Below are positions 36,224 to 43,428 of a stretch of DNA of 43,428 bases, in pieces (the first letter of the stretch is position 1; each line of letters starts with the position of its first letter). The stretch is from an uncultured Candidatus Saccharibacteria bacterium. Its GTDB lineage: Bacteria; Patescibacteriota; Minisyncoccia; Phycocordibacterales; UBA9973. The position numbers and the translations under genes are program-made. The notes under the pieces are model-generated. The model did no database searches and was not told the DNA's origin. It saw only the letters and a program-made list of their open reading frames with translations. The stretch covers positions 1-43,428 of the forward strand of contig CAYUOT010000002.1 in NCBI GenBank assembly GCA_964446475.1, written 5' to 3'.

Positions 36224-37411
36224 ATGCCTAAAATAAATCCAGACGTAGAATCATTTGCAAGAATCAAAGTAATCGGTGTTGGCGGTTCAGGAAAAAACGC
36301 TCTAAACCACATGATAAACTCAAAAGTTAAAGGAGTTGAATTCATAGTAATGAATACAGACACCCAAGACTTACACAACTCATTGGCTGATAAAAAAATT
36401 CACTTAGGTAAAAATCTAACAAAAGGACTCGGGGCTGGAATGAATCCAGAAGTTGGACGTCGTGCAGCAGAGGAGACAAAAGCTGAAATCCAAGATGCAA
36501 TAAAAGGTGCTGATATGGTTTTTATAGCATGTGGAATGGGAGGAGGAACAGGAACAGGTGCTGCCCCCATAGTTGCTCAAGCTGCAAAAGAACAAGGAAT
36601 TCTAACTGTGGCTGTTGTAACTAAACCATTTTCATTTGAAGGAAGAATGAAGCTGGCAGAGTCTGGTCTTTCTTTATTAGAAAAAGAAGTTGATGCTATT
36701 CTTGTAATACCAAATGACAGACTTATTGTTATTTCTGGTAAAGACGTAGGGTTCAAACAAGCATTTGCCTTATGTGATGAAGTATTAAAACAAGCAGTAG
36801 AGGGAATATCAGAACTTATCACAACACCAGGGATGATAAATGTTGACTTCGCAGACATAAAGGCGGTTATGTCAGATGCAGGAAGTGCGCTTATGGGTGT
36901 TGGTATTGCCGCAGGAGAAGGAAGAGCTGAAAAAGCAGCGATGTCTGCAATAAATTCCCCTCTTCTAGATCTTTCTATTTCAGGAGCAAAAGGTGTTCTT
37001 TTTGCTATTTCAGGGGGAGACGATTTAACGATACATGAAATACAAGAATCAGCAAAAATAATAACAGAATCAATAGATAATGACGCCAAAGTTATTTTTG
37101 GAACAATAAATGACGATAAGTTAAAAAAAGGTGAAATAAAAGTAACAGTTATCGCAACAGGTTTCCCTACCGACACACCTAAAAAATCTCTATTTCAAAT
37201 AAATCAAAATAACAAACAAAATATTTTTATTTCACAAAATCAAGAAACAAAAGAAACTCCCGTAATAAAAAACGAAGAAAAAGAAGCTCAGCCTCAAACA
37301 ACAGAATACATAAAGAAACCGGAAAAAGAAAAATCAGAAGAGGATGAATTATTTATTGATGATACAGACGACTGGAGTACAGTCCCCGCATTTCTAAGAA
37401 GAAAAAAATAA
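36224..37411 (+). CDS. ftsZ: cell division protein FtsZ
   Basis: IKVIGVGGSGKNALNHMI, GMGGGTGTGAAPIVAQ, NVDFADIKAVM. C-terminal conserved peptide DDWSTVPAFLRRKK. Confidence 0.95.
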   Translation: MPKINPDVESFARIKVIGVGGSGKNALNHMINSKVKGVEFIVMNTDTQDLHNSLADKKIHLGKNLTKGLGAGMNPEVGRRAAEETKAEIQDAIKGADMVFIACGMGGGTGTGAAPIVAQAAKEQGILTVAVVTKPFSFEGRMKLAESGLSLLEKEVDAILVIPNDRLIVISGKDVGFKQAFALCDEVLKQAVEGISELITTPGMINVDFADIKAVMSDAGSALMGVGIAAGEGRAEKAAMSAINSPLLDLSISGAKGVLFAISGGDDLTIHEIQESAKIITESIDNDAKVIFGTINDDKLKKGEIKVTVIATGFPTDTPKKSLFQINQNNKQNIFISQNQETKETPVIKNEEKEAQPQTTEYIKKPEKEKSEEDELFIDDTDDWSTVPAFLRRKK

Positions 37412-37439
37412 TCAATAATAATTAATTTATATTAAATGT

Positions 37440-37469
37440 AAAATGCGTCAGCTAAAACTGACGCATTTT
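37440..37469 (+). terminator. terminator after ftsZ
   Basis: aaaatgcgtcag / ctaaaa / ctgacgcatttt. The 12-nt arms are identical to those of the terminator at 17057. Confidence 0.85.
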
Positions 37470-37553
37470 ACATTTTCAAACACAAATTAAAAATAAAACA
37501 GATATGTGATATAATAAAATTATTAATTAATAAATAATAAAGAAACTAATCTT

Positions 37554-38480
37554 ATGTACGACTTAATCATATTAGGGGGAGGACCTGCGGGAGCATCCGC
37601 ATGTATTTATGCAGCCCGTAAAAAATTAAAAACAGCAATAATAGCTGGAGAACTAGCAGGACAATCATCAGTATCTGAAACAATATATAACTGGCCAGGA
37701 ATACCAGAAATTTCTGGATATGATTTATCAAATAATTTTAAAAAACACATATTATACTATAAAGGACCACTTTTAGATATTTTTGAAGGAGAAAAAGTTA
37801 CAGAAATAAAAAAAGAAAACGATATATATATAATAAAAACAGATATGGGTAAAACATATACATCCATATCAATTTTAATAACAACAGGTAGTGGAAGAAA
37901 AAAATTAAATGCGGAAAACGCAGATAAATATGAACATAAAGGAATAACATATTGTGCATCTTGTGACGGCCCTATGTTTGGAGATCAAGATGTAATAGTT
38001 ATAGGGGGAGGAAATGCTGGATTTGAAACAGCATCACAACTTCTTGCATATTGTAAAAGTGTTACATTAATTCACAAAAACAAAGAATTTAAAGCAGACA
38101 AAATAACAGTCGAAAAAATGTTACAAAACCCTAAGTTTAAAACAATAACTAATGCAGAAATAATAAAAGTGGACGGAGATATTTTTGTAAAAAATTTAAC
38201 ATACAAAGATAAAGATACTAATGAAAAATACACACTCGAAGCTTCTGGAATATTTGTAGAGATAGGGCAAACTCCAAATACAGATTTTGTAAAAGAACTA
38301 GTCAATCTTGATAATTTTGGCAAAATTATTGTTGACCCAACAAATCAAAAATCTTCTATCGATGGAATATGGGCTGCTGGAGACTGTTCAAATGGTAAAT
38401 ATCATCAAAATAGCATAGCTGCAGGTGATGCAGTCAAAGCTGTAGAAGATATATATATATGGATACAAAATAATAAATAG
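37554..38480 (+). CDS. trxB: thioredoxin-disulfide reductase
   Basis: YDLIILGGGPAGASACIYAAR, redox-active CASCDG, GGGNAGFETA, AAGDCSN. Confidence 0.88.
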   Translation: MYDLIILGGGPAGASACIYAARKKLKTAIIAGELAGQSSVSETIYNWPGIPEISGYDLSNNFKKHILYYKGPLLDIFEGEKVTEIKKENDIYIIKTDMGKTYTSISILITTGSGRKKLNAENADKYEHKGITYCASCDGPMFGDQDVIVIGGGNAGFETASQLLAYCKSVTLIHKNKEFKADKITVEKMLQNPKFKTITNAEIIKVDGDIFVKNLTYKDKDTNEKYTLEASGIFVEIGQTPNTDFVKELVNLDNFGKIIVDPTNQKSSIDGIWAAGDCSNGKYHQNSIAAGDAVKAVEDIYIWIQNNK

Positions 38481-38511
38481 CAGAATAATTTATAATACGA
38501 TTAATTTAATT

Positions 38512-38542
38512 AAAAATGCACCAGATTTACTGGTGCATTTTT
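38512..38542. terminator. bidirectional terminator between convergent trxB and the nucleotidyltransferase gene
   Basis: aaaaatgcaccag / attta / ctggtgcattttt. Confidence 0.85.
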
Positions 38543-38558
38543 AATTAAACTTCAAAAA

Positions 38559-39317
38559 TTATAGATTTGACAACAGTCCTTCTAATATTTCTAATTCTTC
38601 TCTAGTATTTGGTTGAAATATTTCTATAATATTAGAAAGTTGCACTGTTTTTATTTTTTCCCCTTGCTCTTGTGCTAATTTTATTAAATCTGTAAGATAA
38701 TATTCACCTTGAGCATTCTCTTTTTTTAAACTATTTATATTTTTCCAAAGCCAAACAGAATCAAAAGCATAAATACCTGGATTAATTTCTAATATTTTCT
38801 TTTCATCTTCTGTAGCATCTTTATATTCTGTAATTTTAATAATCTCTCTTTTTTCACCTCGAATTATACGTCCCAAAAAATAAGCCCCAGCCCTCCAATC
38901 TTTAAAGTCTGGAAGCACTACAGTCCCCATTGTTATCACACTATTTTCTTTTTCGTGTGTTTCTATAATTTTTTCTATAGTATCTTTAGATATAAGAGGT
39001 TGATCAGTAGAAATTACAAAAATCATTTTGTTATCAGGATGAACCATATCTCTGGCAGACAAAACAGCATGACCAGTTCCAAGTTGTTCTTCTTGATAAG
39101 CATAATTTTTATCAATTCCAAAAACATCAAAAATTCTTTCTTTTTTATATCCAACAACAATAACAGGATCTATGGGAAGATTTAATTTTTTTACTGTATC
39201 TAATATATGAGAAAGAAAAGGTCTTCCACTAAGGATAGCAAGAGCTTTAGGGTCATCTGACTTCATTCTCTTGCCCATCCCTGCTGCTAATATTATTATT
39301 TGTGTTTTATTTTTCAT
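38559..39317 (-). CDS. sugar-phosphate nucleotidyltransferase, GlmU N-terminal (uridylyltransferase) domain only
   Basis: [43 protein letters not shown]. There is no left-handed beta-helix acetyltransferase part. The track start at 39341 is a TTG; the ATG at 39317 (MKNKTQ) is preferred. Confidence 0.8.
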   Translation of the reverse strand: MKNKTQIIILAAGMGKRMKSDDPKALAILSGRPFLSHILDTVKKLNLPIDPVIVVGYKKERIFDVFGIDKNYAYQEEQLGTGHAVLSARDMVHPDNKMIFVISTDQPLISKDTIEKIIETHEKENSVITMGTVVLPDFKDWRAGAYFLGRIIRGEKREIIKITEYKDATEDEKKILEINPGIYAFDSVWLWKNINSLKKENAQGEYYLTDLIKLAQEQGEKIKTVQLSNIIEIFQPNTREELEILEGLLSNL

Positions 39318-39439
39318 ATAAATTAAAATGAAAATACCCAATATACATTGCGGTCATATATAATTTTCTGCTGAAAATTTATGCGACCCTGCCTGATACC
39401 GTCGGCTTTCGATTCGCACAAAGTATTTTATATACTTTG

Positions 39440-39512
39440 TGCGCGGTGAGGAACTCGAATCCCCGACCTACCCCACGTCAAGGGGTCGCTCTACCAGCTG
39501 AGCTAACCGCGC
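39440..39512 (-). tRNA. tRNA-Val (anticodon GAC), no encoded CCA
   Basis: The reverse complement GCGCGGTTAGCTCAGCTGGTAGAGCGACCCCTTGACGTGGGGTAGGTCGGGGATTCGAGTTCCTCACCGCGC folds as a cloverleaf. Acceptor GCGCGGT/ACCGCGC, D arm GCTC/GAGC, anticodon loop TTGACGT, T loop TTCGAGT. Confidence 0.93.
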
Positions 39513-39705
39513 ATATTTATATAAACCATTATTCCAAAAAAACAATCAGAAGACATTCTTCGTTATCTACCAAAACAGCATAACCGCGCATATTTATATA
39601 AACCATTATTCCAAAAAAACAATCAGAAGACATTCTTCGTTATCTACCAAAACAGCATAACCGCGCATATTTATATAAGCCATTATTCCAAAGAACGAAT
39701 ACCAA
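39505..39705. repeat. 77-bp tandem direct repeat, 2 identical copies plus a degenerate third, starting inside the tRNA-Val 5' end
   Basis: The unit aaccgcgcatatttatataaaccattattccaaaaaaacaatcagaagacattcttcgttatctaccaaaacagcat occurs at 39505-39581 and 39582-39658, 77/77 identical. The third copy from 39659 diverges after ~34 nt. The first 8 nt are the first 8 nt of the tRNA. Each unit carries a TATAAAT -10-like box 5 nt upstream of GCGCGGTT on the minus strand. Confidence 0.92.
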
Positions 39706-39736
39706 ATATTTATTAATAAAACAGTGTCATCCACAC

Positions 39737-39767
39737 AATATACAAAAAATTATTACTTTTGTATATT
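39737..39767 (-). terminator. AT-rich hairpin after the 395-aa gene
   Basis: aatatacaaaa / 9-nt loop / ttttgtatatt. Confidence 0.55.
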
Positions 39768-39823
39768 ATGCCAAAAAAATAAATTAAATTCAACCTTATA
39801 TAAATATATCTTATTTAATATTT

Positions 39824-41011
39824 TTATTTATCATTTATTTTAACTTTTTTATGAGATATTATTTTTAAGAAAAATTGGAATAAAATAATAACAATTATTA
39901 CCACCCCAAAAACAGAAAAAGAAGAATATTTCATTTGACTCCAATTTTCATGCCAAGGCCACGGAATAGCCATTGCAAAAAATGCAACAACAACGCCAGC
40001 CACGGATATAATTTGAAGAACTTTAATTTCTCTTTCTGTTCCTTCTGCAATCAGTGAATCTAAAAGATCTAGTGTTTCATTTGCATAACTAGATGTCATA
40101 TCCCATAAATTTAAAATATAGTGTTGTTCTGAACTTAAAATTTTAAATCTATTTAGCATCTCAGTTTTTACGAGAAGTTCTCTGTCTTCATTATTTAAAC
40201 TAAATTCTCTTGATAATAATATATCTTCCATCTGTAATAATCTTGCTTTTACAAAAGACAAAGTTCTTTGCTGCTTAAGAATTTTATTTCTAATTTCTGA
40301 AAATTTATTTGCTCCTATATTTTTGTTATTTCTTATTTCTTCTAAATCTTCCCATATTTTTCGATGAACATTTAGATACCTGCTTAGCTGTTTTTCAAAC
40401 TCTCTAAAAACAATTAAATTGCAAATAAATTCTTTTGCTGTTTTTTTAATTTCCAACTCTTTATTATCTAATATATTAATAACAACCATTTCTTCTCCTG
40501 AATATATCTCAACTCCACCATTATTTTCAGTTAAATAATTTTGGTTCATCATTAAATCAAAATATTCTTTTATTTCCCTATCTTCTGTATTTAAACCCAA
40601 AAAATAAAGAGGATAAATCTCTGTGATATCACTTAAATCTTTAGGTAAGGGAGCTCCCCTACTAAAAATATAAGCAAGTGCGGGAGATAATTTATTGATG
40701 TAAAAATCTTTTAAAAGATTTGCATTTTCTTTAATATTTTTAAAAGTTGAATTAATTAAAATAACACCATCTTCTGTCATCGAAAAATCAACTTCTTTGC
40801 TTTTTACCAAAAGTAAAGAAACACCATCTTCTTTTTTAAGCTCCAAAGATTCTATTTCTAAATTATTTCTTAGGTGGTCACATTTTTCTTGATTTAATCC
40901 ATCTGTTATTTTTTGATTATTTAAAAAATAATAAAACTCTTTTAGGTGGATAGAAGTTCTCTGAAACCACAAACCTAGATAAACATTTTTTTTAAAATCA
41001 TTATTTTCCAT
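39824..41011 (-). CDS. hypothetical protein with CorA-like topology (large soluble N-domain, long helices, two C-terminal TMs)
   Basis: C-terminal LQIISVAGVVVAFFAMAIPWPW and FSVFGVVIIVIILFQFFLKII. There is no GMN motif; AMA occupies that position. ATG start. Confidence 0.55.
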   Translation of the reverse strand: MENNDFKKNVYLGLWFQRTSIHLKEFYYFLNNQKITDGLNQEKCDHLRNNLEIESLELKKEDGVSLLLVKSKEVDFSMTEDGVILINSTFKNIKENANLLKDFYINKLSPALAYIFSRGAPLPKDLSDITEIYPLYFLGLNTEDREIKEYFDLMMNQNYLTENNGGVEIYSGEEMVVINILDNKELEIKKTAKEFICNLIVFREFEKQLSRYLNVHRKIWEDLEEIRNNKNIGANKFSEIRNKILKQQRTLSFVKARLLQMEDILLSREFSLNNEDRELLVKTEMLNRFKILSSEQHYILNLWDMTSSYANETLDLLDSLIAEGTEREIKVLQIISVAGVVVAFFAMAIPWPWHENWSQMKYSSFSVFGVVIIVIILFQFFLKIISHKKVKINDK

Positions 41012-41059
41012 TTCAATTTTAATTAAATTATTAATTATTAATTATTTTTTAAATTAATG

Positions 41060-41146
41060 CGGAGGGTACAGGATTTGAACCTGTGATCCCCTTTCGAGGA
41101 TTCCGCTTTTCGAGAGCGGTGCATTCAACCACTCTGCCAACCCTCC
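41060..41146 (-). tRNA. tRNA-Ser (anticodon CGA), long variable arm, no encoded CCA
   Basis: Reverse complement GGAGGGTTGGCAGAGTGGTTGAATGCACCGCTCTCGAAAAGCGGAATCCTCGAAAGGGGATCACAGGTTCAAATCCTGTACCCTCCG. Anticodon stem CCGCT/AGCGG, loop CTCGAAA, T loop TTCAAAT. Confidence 0.92.
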
Positions 41147-41171
41147 AGAAGCATATTATATAATTTTATTA

Positions 41172-42680
41172 TTACAAAACCAAACTCTCCCCAGTCATAT
41201 CTTCTGGTTTATCTATTTCCAAGAGTTTAAATACAGTAGGGGTAACATCAGAAAGCCCACCTTCTTCTCTAAGTTCAAATTCATTACTAGTTATAATAAA
41301 TGAGACTTTATTGTTTGTATGCGAAGTATGAGGCTTGCCTGCCTGTTTATCAAAATATATCTCTGCGTTTCCATGATCAGCTGTAATCAAAGCAATACCT
41401 CCTTTTTCATTTAATTTTTCCAAAACTCTTCCTAATTGTAAATCAACCTCCTCAATAGCTTCATGAATAGCAGAAGCCACAGCTGTATGCCCAACCATAT
41501 CTGCATTTGCAAAATTAATGAATATAAAATCAAAACCTTCTTCTATTTTTTCTATTGCTCTATCTGCAACACCGCTTGCGCTCATCTTGGGAGCAAGATC
41601 ATATGTCTTTATATCTTTTCGGCTTGGAACTAATACATGTTCCTCCTTTTCATAAAGTTTTTCAACACCACCATTCAAGAAATATGTGGCATGAGCAAAT
41701 TTTTCTGTCTCTGCAATATGAACTTGCGAAAAACCTTTTCCTGAAAGTTCTTTAGCTAAAGTGCTTTTTATTGAAATAGAAGGATACACAACGTGTGTTT
41801 TATATTCATCTCCATAACTTGTCATTGTTGAAATAAATATATTTTCGGTTTCAGATTTTTCTAATATTTTCCTAGTCAATTGTCTTGCTCTGTCAGCACG
41901 AAAATTAAAAAAGAAAACTCCATCATTTTTATTAATCAAATATTTATTTTTATTTTCATCTAAACACAAAAAAGGTGTTAAGTGCTCATCTACTTTCCCT
42001 TCTTTATAAAGATTTTCAATATATAAATGTGGCTCTATTTCACAAATATTTCCTACTCCTTCAAAAATTAAATCTTCAACTAATTTTAATCTATCCCAAT
42101 TATTATCTCTATCCATAGCATAAAATCTTCCAGAAATAGAAACTATTTTACCTATACCTATTTCTTTAATTTTATCTTCTAATTCTTTGACATAAATATT
42201 CGCACTTTGAGGTGGAACATCTCTACCATCAGTAAATAAATGAATAACTATTTTTTCTATATTATTTTGTTTAACAAGATCCAAAAAAGCAAAAAGATGA
42301 TTCATGTGACTATGAACACCTCCAGGAGAAATTAAGCCCATTACGTGTAAATAAGAATCGTTGTTTTTTACATGCTGAAAAAGATTTTGAAAAGTTTTAT
42401 TTTTATAAAAATCACCATTATTAATCTCTTTATCTATTCTAACTAAATCTTGATCTAAAATCCTTCCAGCTCCTATAGTTGTATGACCAACTTCACTATT
42501 CCCCATTTGCCCTTCAGGGAGACCTACTGCAAGTCCAGAAGCTTCTATAAGAGTATGAGGAAAATTATCCCACAAATAATCAAAATTAGGCTTTCTAGAC
42601 TCTTCTATTCCATTGAATTCCTTATCTTCTCGATACCCCCAACCATCAAGTATTATAAGTGCAACTTGCTTTTTATTCAT
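41172..42680 (-). CDS. gpmI: 2,3-bisphosphoglycerate-independent phosphoglycerate mutase
   Basis: LIILDGWGYRE, GLPEGQMGNSEVGHTTIGAGR, TDGRDVPP, ADHGNAE. Confidence 0.93.
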   Translation of the reverse strand: MNKKQVALIILDGWGYREDKEFNGIEESRKPNFDYLWDNFPHTLIEASGLAVGLPEGQMGNSEVGHTTIGAGRILDQDLVRIDKEINNGDFYKNKTFQNLFQHVKNNDSYLHVMGLISPGGVHSHMNHLFAFLDLVKQNNIEKIVIHLFTDGRDVPPQSANIYVKELEDKIKEIGIGKIVSISGRFYAMDRDNNWDRLKLVEDLIFEGVGNICEIEPHLYIENLYKEGKVDEHLTPFLCLDENKNKYLINKNDGVFFFNFRADRARQLTRKILEKSETENIFISTMTSYGDEYKTHVVYPSISIKSTLAKELSGKGFSQVHIAETEKFAHATYFLNGGVEKLYEKEEHVLVPSRKDIKTYDLAPKMSASGVADRAIEKIEEGFDFIFINFANADMVGHTAVASAIHEAIEEVDLQLGRVLEKLNEKGGIALITADHGNAEIYFDKQAGKPHTSHTNNKVSFIITSNEFELREEGGLSDVTPTVFKLLEIDKPEDMTGESLVL

Positions 42681-42685
42681 ATAAA

Positions 42686-42946
42686 TTATTTAATTTCTAA
42701 ATTATTTTCTCTATTAAAAAATCTAACCGGTAAAATCTTTTTCCAAAAATCAGGATGGTCAACAACAATCTCACTTACAAAAGCAAATGGAATAGCTACA
42801 ATAATAGCGACAAATAGATGCCTTAATTCAAAACCTCCATCAGTTGCAAGCATTATGGCTATTAAATCCTCTATTATTCCACATACTATCCCAACAATAA
42901 AAAACTCTACCAACCTAACCCGATTAATTTTTTTGCTTTTTTTCAT
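42686..42946 (-). CDS. small membrane protein
   Basis: Two hydrophobic segments (LVEFFIVGIVCGIIEDLIAIML, LFVAIIVAIPFAFVSEIVV). The track start at 42964 is a TTG; there is an ATG at 42946 (MKKSKK). Confidence 0.5.
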   Translation of the reverse strand: MKKSKKINRVRLVEFFIVGIVCGIIEDLIAIMLATDGGFELRHLFVAIIVAIPFAFVSEIVVDHPDFWKKILPVRFFNRENNLEIK

Positions 42947-43167
42947 AAAACCATTATACAACAATAAGAGATATTTTGAAATTATTAAATTTCAAAACCT
43001 AGACTCAATTCCCGGACGCAAATAAAGAAGTTTATTTACTTAGGGTCACATGAGGTCACAAGTTACTAAGTAAAATTTTTCGATTACTCAAATTTTACGT
43101 AAATACTCGCGACCCCAGCTCGGTAATTTTTCTACTGAAAAATTATACCTGCGCTTTCACAAAAGCG

Positions 43168-43195
43168 AAAAAGACTGGAGCAGTCCAGTCTTTTT
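43168..43195 (-). terminator. terminator downstream of tRNA-Glu, nested in a longer inverted repeat
   Basis: aaaaagactgga / gcag / tccagtcttttt. Outer arms tcacaaaagcg (43157-43167) and cgcttttgtga (43203-43213), the latter overlapping the tRNA 3' end. Confidence 0.8.
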
Positions 43196-43210
43196 GAATT
43201 CGCGCTTTTG

Positions 43211-43282
43211 TGACCCTACCGGGAATCGAACCCGGATTACCGGCTTGAAAAGCCGATGTCCTAACCGTTAGACGATAGGGCC
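43211..43282 (-). tRNA. tRNA-Glu (anticodon UUC), no encoded CCA
   Basis: Reverse complement GGCCCTATCGTCTAACGGTTAGGACATCGGCTTTTCAAGCCGGTAATCCGGGTTCGATTCCCGGTAGGGTCA. Anticodon loop TTTTCAA, T loop TTCGATT. Confidence 0.92.
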
Positions 43283-43428
43283 AAAATTTATTTAATTTTA
43301 AAATAAAACATTACTTACAATTCTTGGCTTTTCAAAAAAAGCCGATGTCCGCTATATTCTAACTTGGTTAGATGATAGGGCCAAAATTTATTTAATTTTA
43401 AAATAAAACATTACTTACAATTCTTGGC
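43281..43428. repeat. 100-bp tandem repeat upstream of tRNA-Glu, running off the window
   Basis: The 48-nt string ccaaaatttatttaattttaaaataaaacattacttacaattcttggc is identical at 43281-43328 and 43381-43428. The window ends inside the second copy. Confidence 0.9.
43326..43382 (-). pseudogene. tRNA-Glu 5'-half relic
   Basis: The reverse complement GGCCCTATCATCTAACCAAGTTAGAATATAGCGGACATCGGCTTTTTTTGAAAAGCC shares GGCCCTATC.TCTAAC and GGACATCGGCTTTT with the intact gene. It lacks the T arm and 3' acceptor strand and ends in a GGCTTTT/AAAAGCC hairpin. Confidence 0.75.

Noticed and set aside
36577-37176. 199-aa ORF antisense to ftsZ, and similar antisense ORFs from the track (e.g. 42483..43025, 27275..27664, 5940..6314, 19057..19374)
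   Set aside because: All overlap strongly supported conserved genes on the opposite strand. Their translations are low-complexity with no recognisable motifs. They are typical shadow frames.
39505-39705. Possible CRISPR array (regularly spaced repeats)
   Set aside because: The units are contiguous 77-bp tandem copies with no unique spacers. The repeat contains the tRNA 5' end and promoter, and no cas genes are present.
43326-43382. A second functional tRNA-Glu gene
   Set aside because: It lacks the T arm and the 3' acceptor strand, and its D-loop region is disrupted. Only a 5'-half relic remains.
1-43428. Prophage, integrative element or defence island
   Set aside because: I could not recognise any integrase, transposase, terminase, capsid, restriction, toxin-antitoxin or Cas-like protein. 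The only mobile-like signals are the short repeats reported as findings.

Overview
The window is an AT-rich (about 30% GC by eye), very gene-dense bacterial chromosome segment. Genes run on the minus strand up to about 31.6 kb. A plus-strand block follows (priA-like, rpsU, ybeY, ftsA, ftsZ, trxB), then minus-strand genes and three tRNAs. TGA is used as a stop (grpE), so the standard code 11 applies.

Most content is housekeeping:
- the tail of the ribosomal-protein/rpoA cluster (infA, rpmJ, rpsM, rpsK, rpsD, rpoA, rplQ, rplM, rpsI) and grpE
- alaS, mnmA, typA, rseP, frr, a holB-like gene, mreB, ftsA, ftsZ, trxB, gpmI, mltG, and a GlmU N-terminal-only nucleotidyltransferase
- tRNA-Val(GAC), tRNA-Ser(CGA) and tRNA-Glu(UUC), none with an encoded CCA

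Three large secreted repeat proteins, compacted enzymes and degenerate paralogs suggest a small-genome Patescibacteria/CPR-like organism. That assignment is an inference only.

I saw no integrase, transposase, reverse transcriptase, CRISPR array or recognisable defence gene. The most unusual signals are at the DNA level:
1. Short GC-rich palindromic modules sit in-frame inside conserved cores of alaS and mnmA. They share an encoded L-G-T-P-x4-G-G-D motif and GGD-codon flanking repeats, which resembles Rickettsia palindromic elements.
2. A 15-mer, ATAGGTCTTGCCTAT, is present three times, twice as the arms of a hairpin inside mnmA.
3. Tandem duplications of promoter plus tRNA 5' segment lie upstream of tRNA-Val (77 bp) and tRNA-Glu (100 bp, with a tRNA relic).
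4. A C10/G10 homopolymer lies just upstream of a 1072-aa double-propeller surface protein.
5. A third, degenerate actin-fold protein is translationally coupled to a bitopic membrane protein.
6. The PriA homolog has lost its Walker A, DEAH-box and SAT-type helicase motifs.

All domain calls come from motif recognition by eye; no searches were run.
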